Assembly: GCA_039809385.1 (NCBI GenBank)
Contig: JBDHUY010000002.1
Location: forward strand, 96,001-160,000
Origin: Candidatus Altimarinota bacterium
Lineage (GTDB): Bacteria > Patescibacteriota > Gracilibacteria > JBDHUY01
Length of the DNA stretch: 64,000 nucleotides
Reading direction: 5' to 3'
Positions 1-9,532 of this stretch are shown piece after piece; positions within the stretch are counted from its first letter, which is position 1, and every line of letters begins with the position of its first letter. Position numbers and translations under genes: made by a program. The notes beneath the pieces are model-generated. The model was not told where the DNA came from. It searched no databases and was given only the letters and a program-made list of their open reading frames with translations.

Positions 1-379
1 TGAACTTCCTTTCTCTGCCCAGAAAAACGAGAAAAGCTTTTCGAAGATCTCGCGGAAGTATAAAGTGAATATCCAATTGACGATTACAAGCTAATACATG
101 ATCTATTTTGATACATGCTCCTTTAAATGTTGGTAAAGTTCCATCAAAGAATATGCCATAAGCATGTATTTTGACATATTGAGAAAGGTATTCGGTTTTT
201 CCTGATGCACTTCCGCCAGCCAAAACTAGAACTGGCGCAGGAATTATTTCAACTGCAGTTTTAAACCACTTATCGGCAAGTTTTGCGGATTCAGTATGAA
301 ACTTTTCTGCCTTGTCAGGAGTATAGCTTGGGAAAAAAGTTTTAATTTCATCCGGAGAAATGATAAGAGGGGAAGCCAT
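1..379 (-). CDS. Zeta-toxin-like P-loop kinase (3' end runs off window)
   Basis: Not in the ORF track. Manual translation from ATG at 379 gives MASPLIISPDEIKTFFPSY...FHTESAKLAD...LVLAGGSASGKTEY...GIFFDGTL, with a Walker A motif and zeta-like DEIK, HxES and DGTL motifs. Confidence 0.65.
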   Translation of the reverse strand, partial: MASPLIISPDEIKTFFPSYTPDKAEKFHTESAKLADKWFKTAVEIIPAPVLVLAGGSASGKTEYLSQYVKIHAYGIFFDGTLPTFKGACIKIDHVLACNRQLDIHFILPRDLRKAFLVFLGRERKF

Positions 380-402
380 AAATTATTATTGAGGGAACAT
401 TT

Positions 403-1311
403 CTACTTATGGTACTTATCGTGTACTTCTTTCAGTTTCTGATTCGTCACATGCGTATAAATCTGAGTGGTCGTAATGCTGGCATGTCCCAGCATTTCCT
501 GTACCGAGCGGATGTCGGCCCCGGCAAACAAGAGCTGGGTGGCAAAGGTATGCCGGATCGTGTGCGGGGTGACTTTTTTTACTAATCCTGCCATGCGTGC
601 CGCAGAACGCACGATTGTTTCAACACTGACGGTACTCAGGCGGGTACCTTTGTCTGAAACCGCATCATTTTTTCTTTTCTTGAAATTGATAAATATGGCC
701 GGAGATAGGTCTTTTCGCTCGTTCATATATTTTTCCAGCCAGGTCCTGGCGCGCTCGGACAAAAACACGATCCGGGTCTTACGACCTTTCCCGCGCACCA
801 TAAATTCGCCGGTTTTCAGGTTCACCTGATCCCGATTGAGCGACACGATCTCGCTCACGCGCAATCCGGTACTATAGAGCATTTCGATCAAAGCGCGGTT
901 GCGTAACCCGGTCAGCTGGTCAGTATCGATACTCTCCAGCATTGTTTCCAGCTCTTCGCGTGTAAGAAAAGACACCTCTCGATCTTCCTGTTTCATGAGA
1001 TCGATCTTTTCCGGAGCCAGTACCTGGTAGTCCTGCCTGGTCAGATATTTGAAAAAAGCCCGTAAGGCGATCAGATGATAGTTTTGGGTTTTTCGACTGA
1101 GCGTGCGTCCGTTCTTGTCTTCATGGCGATTGAGGTGGAGGCGGAATTTGGCTACAGTATTCAAATCGATCGTTTCGATAGCGGTTTGAGTCCCGGCAAA
1201 CTGTTCGAACCGCCGGAGATAGTGACGGTAATTGATCACCGTTTTTAGAGACTGATTTTTAGCGATTTCGGCATGTTCCAGAAATGCCAGGATTGCGTCG
1301 CGTAATATCAT
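403..1311 (-). CDS. XerC/XerD-family tyrosine recombinase
   Basis: Catalytic motifs LYSTGLRVSE, HTIRHTFAT, LGHASITTTQIYTH. Start moved to the ATG at 1311 (MILRDAI) because the longer ORF overlaps the upstream gene. Confidence 0.93.
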   Translation of the reverse strand: MILRDAILAFLEHAEIAKNQSLKTVINYRHYLRRFEQFAGTQTAIETIDLNTVAKFRLHLNRHEDKNGRTLSRKTQNYHLIALRAFFKYLTRQDYQVLAPEKIDLMKQEDREVSFLTREELETMLESIDTDQLTGLRNRALIEMLYSTGLRVSEIVSLNRDQVNLKTGEFMVRGKGRKTRIVFLSERARTWLEKYMNERKDLSPAIFINFKKRKNDAVSDKGTRLSTVSVETIVRSAARMAGLVKKVTPHTIRHTFATQLLFAGADIRSVQEMLGHASITTTQIYTHVTNQKLKEVHDKYHK

Positions 1312-1405
1312 AAGACGGACAAAAAGATGAAAAGTATGTTCTCTTATGGCATAAACCATACTATATTTCAGACTTTCTCTCAATCGTTCGTTCTTGCACG
1401 TACTG

Positions 1406-2287
1406 TCATATACGATTATCCCACGAAAACGAGCAGTGAGTTTGATCATCGCAAACCGCTTCTATCGTGCCGAATTGATCGGTCCGGTAGCTTTGGATAT
1501 CGTGTTCCTCGAATCGGTCCAGAATTTCGGTATTGGGATGTTTAAATTTGTTATTTTTGCCGACAGAGATCGTCGCAAACTTTGGGTTCGCGTTATATAA
1601 CAACAAGTTACTGCTGGAAGTTTTGCTGCCGTGATGTCCGGCTTTCAGTATCAGACTTTGAATATCGTACCCCTGATAGAGGAGTGCCTGCTCGAGCGGT
1701 TCTTCCATGTCCCCGGTAAATAAGACGTGGGTATCTCCATACAAAAGCCGAAAAACGACCGACGTATCGTTGATCATATCGTCCCGCACTTTCCGATTCT
1801 CCAAACTGCGTACCGGCGCCAGAATATCCAAATACAGACCCGGCTCGATTTCTATATCCCGCCCGGCCCGCGCGATCAATATGCGGCTTTTAGCGGCTAA
1901 CTGTTTGAATCGTGCATAGGCTTTAGTATCGCTTTCGACCCCGCTATACAGTACCATGGGGATCTCGTACCGTTCCATAACAGATATCAGCCCTTCCACG
2001 TGATCGGCATGCGGATGCGTGAGTACGACCATATCGATTCGAGAGCGAAAGAAACCCAGTTTTTCGGGAAGTACTTGTAAAATCCCGTCCCCCGGTCCTC
2101 CGTCTACCAGAATGTATTTTCCCCGGGGTGTCTGAATGAGCGTGGCGTCGCCCTGTCCGATATTGAGAAAGTAGAGATGCAACCGTCCGTCGGGCAGTGT
2201 AAACTCGAATACGAGAAATAGTATGAGCAGCAGGGAAGCCAGCACGTACGGGATCAACCAACGACGGGGGAGAAATGAGAGTTTCAT
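1406..2287 (-). CDS. ComEC/Rec2-type metallo-beta-lactamase fold protein
   Basis: N-terminal TM helix; GQGDA, THPHADH, FTGD and GHHGS motifs; SVGKNNKFKHP and RTDQFG C-terminal motifs. Confidence 0.9.
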   Translation of the reverse strand: MKLSFLPRRWLIPYVLASLLLILFLVFEFTLPDGRLHLYFLNIGQGDATLIQTPRGKYILVDGGPGDGILQVLPEKLGFFRSRIDMVVLTHPHADHVEGLISVMERYEIPMVLYSGVESDTKAYARFKQLAAKSRILIARAGRDIEIEPGLYLDILAPVRSLENRKVRDDMINDTSVVFRLLYGDTHVLFTGDMEEPLEQALLYQGYDIQSLILKAGHHGSKTSSSNLLLYNANPKFATISVGKNNKFKHPNTEILDRFEEHDIQSYRTDQFGTIEAVCDDQTHCSFSWDNRI

Positions 2288-2410
2288 TTTCTTTTTAACA
2301 TATGGAAAAAAGATATCTGTGCGATGATCAGATTATCAGGAAGATATAAACGAATTCTTATATTTGAAGAAAAAGAGTGTTTATTGTCTTCAAAAAGACA
2401 AAACATCAAT

Positions 2411-2445
2411 AAAAAAGACGGAAAATCATAATGTTCCGTCTTTTT
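2411..2445 (-). terminator. Intrinsic terminator-like hairpin downstream of the FN3 gene
   Basis: AAAAAAGACGGAA...TTCCGTCTTTTT inverted repeat with A/T tails. Confidence 0.55.
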
Positions 2446-2475
2446 CCTGTAACTTGCAAAAGAAAAGAGTGTGTA

Positions 2476-3702
2476 TTATTTAACTTTTTCTTTGCGTCTC
2501 AGAATGTACCCGGCGCCAAAAAGACTCATGATACCGAAGGCGGCCAGAGCAGCGGGACCGCTTTTGGGAAGTTCCACCATTTTGATAACGCCGGCACTTT
2601 CTTTGCCGGTAGCATCCTTAGTTGTAATTTTAAAGAAGTATTTGCCCCCTACCAAATTTTTGATCTCATAGGTCGTAACGCTCGGAGCCAGACTGGCGAT
2701 CTGGGAAAATACGTTGCCGTCTAAACTTTTGTATACCACCTGGGAGACGATATTCTGGACATTCTGAGGCAGATTCCAAGTAAGTGTAACATTATACGTT
2801 GAGGCGACACGTTCAAATTTTGCTACGAGGTTCGTGATATCCTGCGCAGTAGGCAGACTGTTGGACGCAGAAGTAGTAATCGTAGTAGTGACCCCTTTGC
2901 TCTCGCTACCGTTTTGGTCACGGGTCACAAGCTTAAACGCATATGAAGTGGTCGGCAAATAGCTGGTCATGGTATAGGAGCTGGATGTTCCTAAATGTCT
3001 CCCGCTATCATAGGTTGTACCGTTATCTTTTGATGTATAGAGCATCTGGTCGATAACTGCGGAAGAGCTATTTGGTTTCCAGGAAAAATTCAATGTATTG
3101 TTATTCTCGGTAACGGTGAAATCGCTCACTTCGGCTGTATTGCTACCAGTGGTGGGATTTCCGGTGGAACTGTTGGCGTTATCAACGGTACTGTTGGTAT
3201 TGGCAGCCGGGAGGGCGGAATTGGCATTTCCCGTATTCGAATTTCCGCTGCCGGAGGAACTGCCGGTAGTCGGCGAACCGCCAGTTTGAGGTGTGGCGCT
3301 GGATTCGGGACTGAAATACTCACTTTCGTTGCCGGCCGCATCCAGAGCGGTAAGAGCAAAATAGTATTTGGTGCCATTAGTCAAACCGTCTATGGTGGCC
3401 TGCGTTACGTTGTCTACTTTTTTAAACGTATCGTATTCTTTGCGATCGCTACTATTACTATTCTGCTGCTCAGCCAACGAAGTAGTACCGTAATACAACT
3501 TATAGCCGGTAGTCCCGACATTATCCGAAGCAGGTTCCCATTGCAGGGTTACCTGACCGTTGCCGCTGCTGACGACCGTAGGAGCTTCCTCCAAATCGGC
3601 AGGCGGAGTCGTGTCACTGGTCTGGGCTAATCCGGCGGGAGTACCCAAAAGCAAAAAGGGGAGAGCCAGCAGAACCAATAAAGAGCGATTTGTTTTTCTC
3701 AT
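2476..3702 (-). CDS. Secreted fibronectin type III domain surface protein with LPxTG-like sortase anchor
   Basis: Signal peptide MRKTNRSLLVLLALPFLLLGTPAGLA; FN3-like segments (VTLQWEP...YKLYYG...GLTNGTKYYFALTALD); Ser/Thr/Asn linker; C-terminal LPKSG + hydrophobic stretch + RRKEKVK. Confidence 0.8.
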   Translation of the reverse strand: MRKTNRSLLVLLALPFLLLGTPAGLAQTSDTTPPADLEEAPTVVSSGNGQVTLQWEPASDNVGTTGYKLYYGTTSLAEQQNSNSSDRKEYDTFKKVDNVTQATIDGLTNGTKYYFALTALDAAGNESEYFSPESSATPQTGGSPTTGSSSGSGNSNTGNANSALPAANTNSTVDNANSSTGNPTTGSNTAEVSDFTVTENNNTLNFSWKPNSSSAVIDQMLYTSKDNGTTYDSGRHLGTSSSYTMTSYLPTTSYAFKLVTRDQNGSESKGVTTTITTSASNSLPTAQDITNLVAKFERVASTYNVTLTWNLPQNVQNIVSQVVYKSLDGNVFSQIASLAPSVTTYEIKNLVGGKYFFKITTKDATGKESAGVIKMVELPKSGPAALAAFGIMSLFGAGYILRRKEKVK

Positions 3703-3852
3703 GATCCTTGTGTATTTATTTGATAAAATATGTATTTGTCCTATCACTATACCCGATTTCATCCAAAAAAACAATATCAGCCCGGAACTTTTTTGTAATC
3801 CGGATGGCAACAATGTATAGTAGCAGTATCTGTTTTTTTAAACCATACTGTA

Positions 3853-4596
3853 ATGAAGGTTGCTGTTTCTAGCTTTTACTTGTGTGTACTTCTTGTCATC
3901 CCCACGGCCTGTGGTAACAGCTCATTCCCCGAAAACATAAATAAGAACGCGGCTTCTGCGAATATCACCCTGAACCAAGAAACAAGATCATTTTGTGCTG
4001 CCTTATCGGAAAAAAACATTACCGAAGCAGGTATTGCTAAGCCACATATAGTGGCTGCCGATGAAATAAACAACTCGGTATTTATAGAAGAATGTCAGTA
4101 CAGTGAAGAAGCCCCCATCTGTTATTACTTTAACCTCGATAGGTTAGACCAACTTATAGCAAGAAAGTACTTCCGGTACGCATTTCTGAAGCCCTACATG
4201 AATGCGTCTACGATTTTGGCTATTATTCTGAGTCAACAAGAGTGTGGTACCGCAAATTTAGCTCATTTATTGAATACGGGTGACACCAAGGTACTCCCCG
4301 ATCTTCTGAAAAAAGCCGAATTTGGCTTTGATCTGGGGCTGGATCATCATACAAATATTGGTGTTTTTGGTATCATTAACTTTAAACTGTCTTGGTCAGA
4401 TCAATTAACCTATCATACGATTGCATCTTTAAAAAAACATGGCGCTACTTGCCAGGAGGACATTCCGGTTGAAAAACATGAGTCGGAGTGCCGGATTTGG
4501 ATGTTTCAACGGATAAATCTCGCTGAATTCCTGGATTTTATGAAAAATTTAACGGATGCTGAGCTGCCTGCCGCAATATGGGATACGGGAGATTGA
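3853..4596 (+). CDS. Hypothetical lipoprotein
   Basis: 247-aa ORF with a hydrophobic N-terminus and lipobox-like PTAC. Confidence 0.6.
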   Translation: MKVAVSSFYLCVLLVIPTACGNSSFPENINKNAASANITLNQETRSFCAALSEKNITEAGIAKPHIVAADEINNSVFIEECQYSEEAPICYYFNLDRLDQLIARKYFRYAFLKPYMNASTILAIILSQQECGTANLAHLLNTGDTKVLPDLLKKAEFGFDLGLDHHTNIGVFGIINFKLSWSDQLTYHTIASLKKHGATCQEDIPVEKHESECRIWMFQRINLAEFLDFMKNLTDAELPAAIWDTGD

Positions 4597-4781
4597 ACGT
4601 TGTGGCATTTTCCCGACCGCCCCCGAATAGTAATAAAATATTAATACTTAGCCCCAAGCTCCAATCATTGGCCCTGGTTATCGATGTGCCGGTTATGGTT
4701 GATATTTTTCAATCGATGTTTGAAATCATTTGGGATCAAGCTCAACCGTGATTGATTGTTTGTATACTGCTATCTCAGAAC

Positions 4782-4809
4782 ACTTTGTACAAGATACATT
4801 GTACAAAGT
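4782..4809. terminator. Perfect 11-bp inverted repeat between convergent genes
   Basis: ACTTTGTACAA-gataca-TTGTACAAAGT; could be a terminator or a protein-binding site. Confidence 0.4.
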
Positions 4810-4877
4810 AAAAGACAAAGAAGGACTGAATCCTTCCCCATACTGTATACGTAATACTTTATTCTAAATACACTGCC

Positions 4878-5549
4878 TTATCGATAAAAACACGGCCGAC
4901 AAACCCCGGTATCGACATCGCACGATCCCGGAACCGTACCGGGTAAAAACTGGGTACCGTCGAAATTCCGGCAGGCGCAGTCTTCATCTTTCGTGCACGC
5001 CGGTTTTTTACCATCTGTAGCATTCTCATTAGACGCTGCCGGCATAGCAACTTGCTCAGTAAACGTTTTTCCGGCAGGAGTTTTACATTGACGCGGATAG
5101 CTTTCCATGACCGGATTTCCGGCTGCAACACAATCGTCAAACGAAAGAATATTCTCGGCGCTGTTCTTCACACAAACACCGTACTCGTCGGTTGTCGTGG
5201 GAGTTTCTCTACAAAATAACCCGTTGGCGCATTGTATCTTGGCAATACCTCCGCAGTTTTGTCCTTCTTGAGCCGCTGCGGGAGCTTTTACGCAAACCCC
5301 TCCGGCATCGGGATAATTTCCGTCATATTGACAAACAAGTCCGGTATCACAGATAAAACCCGCGATACCTCCACACATCTCCCCTGCATGTTTTACTCTG
5401 GAAAAAGTAGAGGCATTCGTATTAGTAACCTGACTATTTAGATTTAGATTGGATTGACTGTTCGCGTTACTATTTACATTGACCGTGTTCGTAGGCGTGC
5501 AGCCGGCAACAATGAGAAGCATACCGGCCAGAAACATGTTTTTTTTCAT
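4878..5549 (-). CDS. Cys-rich lipoprotein (two CGGIA modules plus SFDDCVAAGNPVMESYPRQC module)
   Basis: Lipobox VAGC; two CGGIA...C...GL.C...GVC repeats; the ESYPRQC module is one I recognise from CPR surface proteins. Confidence 0.75.
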   Translation of the reverse strand: MKKNMFLAGMLLIVAGCTPTNTVNVNSNANSQSNLNLNSQVTNTNASTFSRVKHAGEMCGGIAGFICDTGLVCQYDGNYPDAGGVCVKAPAAAQEGQNCGGIAKIQCANGLFCRETPTTTDEYGVCVKNSAENILSFDDCVAAGNPVMESYPRQCKTPAGKTFTEQVAMPAASNENATDGKKPACTKDEDCACRNFDGTQFLPGTVPGSCDVDTGVCRPCFYR

Positions 5550-5607
5550 ATACAAAGGTGACGATATATAGGACATCATTTACTATAATGCCGTTTCTAT
5601 CATATTC

Positions 5608-6108
5608 TTACAAATTATTCGTTTTTTCGGCTTTGAACTTCGAGACAATATCGAATAAAACGATCCCGACAGCAACGCTGACATTCAGCGATTCCTTGAT
5701 TCCGTGCATCGGAATGCTGACTTTGTCATCGCAGAGTTCTAGAATTTCCCGGGAAATCCCGCTAATCTCGTTCCCGAAAACGAGACAAATCGGAAAAACA
5801 GGCGTAAATCGGGTATACGGCACTGTATCGGATCCCGTATCGACGGCGACTAAGCGCACTCCCCTCTCTCGAAGCGTCGTTAACGTATTGACCGGATCGT
5901 GCGTATGTTCAAACGGTACGGTATGTTCGGCTCCCAGAGCAGTTTTACTGATCTCTTTATGCGGAGGAAACGGAGTGTATTCAGACAAAAGAAGCTTTTC
6001 AACGTTGGCGGCGTCGCAGGTGCGAAAACAAGATCCTACGTTGTAAAAACTGCGAATTCTGTCCAGAAAAACATAGACCGGGTAACGATCCTTTTTCAGC
6101 TCCTTCAT
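5608..6108 (-). CDS. SpoU/TrmH-family RNA methyltransferase
   Basis: NVGSCFRT, LVFGNEISGIS and IPMHGIKESLNVSVA SPOUT motifs. Confidence 0.92.
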   Translation of the reverse strand: MKELKKDRYPVYVFLDRIRSFYNVGSCFRTCDAANVEKLLLSEYTPFPPHKEISKTALGAEHTVPFEHTHDPVNTLTTLRERGVRLVAVDTGSDTVPYTRFTPVFPICLVFGNEISGISREILELCDDKVSIPMHGIKESLNVSVAVGIVLFDIVSKFKAEKTNNL

Positions 6109-6114
6109 ACGGTT

Positions 6115-7248
6115 CTATATATTTTTTAAAAGTTCTTCGACTTTGTCGGTTGTTTCCCACGAGAACGACTGCTCTGGTCGACCGAAATGCCCGTATGCAG
6201 CGGTTTTCGTATAGATAGGGCGCAAAAGTTGCAGGTGTTCGATAATGCCGCGGGGGGTTAACGGAAAAATAGTCGGAATCAGGGCCGCTATGTTTTCGTC
6301 GGGGATTTTTCCGGTTCCGGCAGTGTTTGCATATACAGCCACCGGATCGGCAATTCCGATCGCATAAGCAAGATGAATTTCGCATCGCGCGGCCAAGCCG
6401 GCCGCCACAATATTTTTGGCAATATAGCGAGCCATATAAGCGGCGCTGCGGTCGACTTTGGTCGGGTCTTTTCCGGAGAAAGCTCCACCACCCGAGGCGA
6501 CATAACCACCGTAGCTATCGACGATGATCTTTCTTCCGGTCATTCCTGCGTCCCCTACCGGCCCGCCGATTACGAAACGTCCGGTCGGATTAATATGAAA
6601 AGTAGTCCCCGTATCAAGATATTGGCCGATAGTTGGCTTGACAATAGTGTCCAGGACATCCCGGCGAATCTGTTCCTGCTCGACATGATCGGCATGCTGT
6701 AAGGAGGCAACAACCGTATCGACTCTTTTGGGGCGGCCGTTTTCATACTGGACAGTAATTTGCGTTTTCCCGTCGGGGCGTAAATACGGTAACAATTGCT
6801 GTTTCCGTACGGTTGCGGCACGCAAAGCCAGTTTATGTGCCAGCATGATCGGAAGCGGCATCAGCTCCGGCGTTTCGTCGCAGGCAAAACCGACCATGAG
6901 ACCCTGGTCGCCGGCTCCGCCGGTATCTACTCCCAGAGCGATATCCGGGCTTTGTTTATTAATAGCATTGAGGATAGCGCAGGTACGGGACTCGAATCCG
7001 TAGTCCGGTTCGGTATACCCGATATTTTTGATTGTTTCGCGAGCAAGTTCGTTGATATCGACGTAAGCGTCGGTTGTTATCTCTCCGCCGATCAGGACAA
7101 GTCCGGTACCGACAAACGTCTCGCAGGCGACGCGGGCACCGGGATCTTTTTCGAGAATAGCGTCCAGAACGGCATCCGATATCTGATCGCAGATTTTATC
7201 AGGGTGTCCTTCCAGAACCGACTCGGAGGTGAAAAGGTGAGAAGACAT
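6115..7248 (-). CDS. metK: S-adenosylmethionine synthetase
   Basis: [42 protein letters not shown]; start at MSSHLF (7248). Confidence 0.98.
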   Translation of the reverse strand: MSSHLFTSESVLEGHPDKICDQISDAVLDAILEKDPGARVACETFVGTGLVLIGGEITTDAYVDINELARETIKNIGYTEPDYGFESRTCAILNAINKQSPDIALGVDTGGAGDQGLMVGFACDETPELMPLPIMLAHKLALRAATVRKQQLLPYLRPDGKTQITVQYENGRPKRVDTVVASLQHADHVEQEQIRRDVLDTIVKPTIGQYLDTGTTFHINPTGRFVIGGPVGDAGMTGRKIIVDSYGGYVASGGGAFSGKDPTKVDRSAAYMARYIAKNIVAAGLAARCEIHLAYAIGIADPVAVYANTAGTGKIPDENIAALIPTIFPLTPRGIIEHLQLLRPIYTKTAAYGHFGRPEQSFSWETTDKVEELLKNI

Positions 7249-7285
7249 GGAGGGAGAAGTAAAAAAAGTGTTTTTGCAGTTAACA

Positions 7286-9484
7286 TCATCCAGTTGAAGC
7301 TTGTTTCTTCTTAGGCGATCTCCTGAAATTGGTTCTATGTTCCAAAGCCCTGTCAAGATCAGTACTATAAATTCTGCGTCCAAGTTCATAGTACAGTTCA
7401 AGATTGTCTGCAGGGTTTCCATGAATGCCAAACAGAGTTCCCAGTTGCTTTAGGCCAAATTGTTTATTACCTATTATCGGAAATTTTAATTTTTTAATTT
7501 CAGTGGCAGGTATATTCACCCAGTGTTCAGGAGTGAGCATCGATTTAACTATATTTGCGAGATTTTGAGGCAGGAGAATCTCTTTGATGGTTGAATTTGC
7601 TTTGCCTATCTCTTCATATCCATATATTTTTTCGCCAAGTATGATATGAATTCCATGGTTACCGCATGGATCTCCTGAAATACCAAAGAGTATGGCAATT
7701 TTTGCAAGAGACTTTTCTCTTCTGTTCATCTTTATTCTGATCGCATACTTTTCTTTGGCGGTCAGAAGTATCCACGTTATCGGATCATACCAATCCTGAA
7801 TCTCTTTTTTCCATAGGTCGGCATAAGAATCTACAATTCCTGTAAACTCGGCTTCCCCAAATATTCTTTTTCCCAGTCTATGAAAGTCGTCTTCGTTATC
7901 ACGGGGATTCCCTGCAATATGCAACAAGCTGGCGATTTGCGCTAGTGTCTTAGATTCATTTTTAATAGAGATCTTAAATTCCCTTTTCTCTTCAGCGTTC
8001 ATCTCTAGCCAATCCAGAACAGAATAACTTTCTTTCACAGCTTCGATCCATACTTGAGCATCTTTGCGATTCTCTTTCGCTGCAAGCAGCTCTGCTACTA
8101 ATACGTTCCCATAGATTTTTTGACTAAGAGCTACAAAGATATTCCAGTCATCGCGCGCATTGCCGGATACTCCCAATAAGTCAGCTATGGCAAATATTGT
8201 TAAGGAGTCCTCCTCGCACTGAATAATGAGACTTTTTCTGCTATACGTTGATAATGCCAGCCAGTCCTCACAGGAAAACCTTTTTTTGACAGCTTCAATG
8301 CATTTCTGTTTAGTAGTTTCAAGTATTGTCTCGATTGTATTTTCTGAGAAAATATGCTTGGAGAGTAAGATGAAACAATCATAATCCTCAACCGGATCTC
8401 CGGGAATATCAAATATGGTAGCAAGCGCGTGCAATCCTTTCTGAGTATCTCCGTACACCACTTTAAGTTTTTTTCTTTCTTTGTTTCCCAGTTTTAGCCA
8501 CTTCTCTGGTTTATGTAACTGGCAGATACTATTTCTCCATTTTTCTTTTCTGCTGCGGAGTGCCTGTTCTACAGCTTCTTCGCCAAAGATCTTTTTGCCA
8601 ATTTGAATAATTACCTTGGCTGACAGCCTTGGATCAGATTTAATACCAAGCAGGTTTTCAATATTTTCTATCGTTATGCCCTCTATGTTCAGCTCGCGAG
8701 CTTTTTTAGGCATGAGCTCTATCCAGGTGTCAGGGGTATATCTTCCTACAAAAATACGTTTTAATTCATCTGTATTGGATATTGTGGGGGAAGATGGATC
8801 CTCAGGTAGGTTCTTCTTTTGTAATAATTCCATGACCTGACTTCTCCATTCTTCCGCATTATCATTCCACCGCACAGCATCTACGCTGGGATGCATTCTC
8901 AATTGATCTTTTGTCATCATTATATAGGTCTTGGGATCTGAGCCATCAATAATAAATGTGCGATTATGCTCTTCGTCACAAACAAAAATCATTTTATGCA
9001 AAACCGGAATGACAATGATCCGATAACTTGCTGACCTGACCATCTCGGGACGATTGGTGCCTTCAATCATCTGACATTCTGATAAACGGACGCCCAAATC
9101 GCCGCTTATAATGTCAAGAAGCATCTGCGTCCGGGGAATACCCCCGGGATATTCAAAACCACCACTACCGCGTTGTATTATTCTTCCCGTGTTCGGTGGT
9201 ACGATCACATCATTAATTTGTTGGTACGGAATTTGCTTAGAAAAACCTGGCGATTCCTTTTGAATGGCTGATTCTACTCGCATCTTTATATCTAATCTGA
9301 CTCCGCTACGAAATTTTTCTACATCAAATCCCAAAATAGAGCCTATCTCTTGTAAGCCTAGTCGTGAAGCTGGGATAATGTCTGATAAAATTTCTTCGAT
9401 TCTTTCAATATCCAAATCTGGATCACGCAGCATCTTTGCGACGTTTTTAAGTTTTTCTCTGTCATTATCGTAATATTCAATCAT
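7286..9484 (-). CDS. Hypothetical protein with an N-terminal globular domain and six ~78-aa tandem repeats
   Basis: 732-aa ORF; repeat consensus W...(Y/F)....W......K.......L..IA..(F/L)GI.G(D/N)P......F..LG.KI(F/Y)G. Confidence 0.8.
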   Translation of the reverse strand: MIEYYDNDREKLKNVAKMLRDPDLDIERIEEILSDIIPASRLGLQEIGSILGFDVEKFRSGVRLDIKMRVESAIQKESPGFSKQIPYQQINDVIVPPNTGRIIQRGSGGFEYPGGIPRTQMLLDIISGDLGVRLSECQMIEGTNRPEMVRSASYRIIVIPVLHKMIFVCDEEHNRTFIIDGSDPKTYIMMTKDQLRMHPSVDAVRWNDNAEEWRSQVMELLQKKNLPEDPSSPTISNTDELKRIFVGRYTPDTWIELMPKKARELNIEGITIENIENLLGIKSDPRLSAKVIIQIGKKIFGEEAVEQALRSRKEKWRNSICQLHKPEKWLKLGNKERKKLKVVYGDTQKGLHALATIFDIPGDPVEDYDCFILLSKHIFSENTIETILETTKQKCIEAVKKRFSCEDWLALSTYSRKSLIIQCEEDSLTIFAIADLLGVSGNARDDWNIFVALSQKIYGNVLVAELLAAKENRKDAQVWIEAVKESYSVLDWLEMNAEEKREFKISIKNESKTLAQIASLLHIAGNPRDNEDDFHRLGKRIFGEAEFTGIVDSYADLWKKEIQDWYDPITWILLTAKEKYAIRIKMNRREKSLAKIAILFGISGDPCGNHGIHIILGEKIYGYEEIGKANSTIKEILLPQNLANIVKSMLTPEHWVNIPATEIKKLKFPIIGNKQFGLKQLGTLFGIHGNPADNLELYYELGRRIYSTDLDRALEHRTNFRRSPKKKQASTG

Positions 9485-9532
9485 ATTTACACAAAATTAC
9501 AAAGAACGTACCGGCACTGGCATATTATTATT

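Noticed and set aside
403-1311. Tyrosine recombinase as integrase of a mobile island
   Set aside because: Size and motifs fit housekeeping XerC/D; no att repeats or adjacent tRNA seen.
7249-7431. N-terminal extension of MetK or a SAM riboswitch
   Set aside because: The region is mostly the 3' end of the upstream gene; MetK homology starts at 7248 and no SAM riboswitch motifs are visible.
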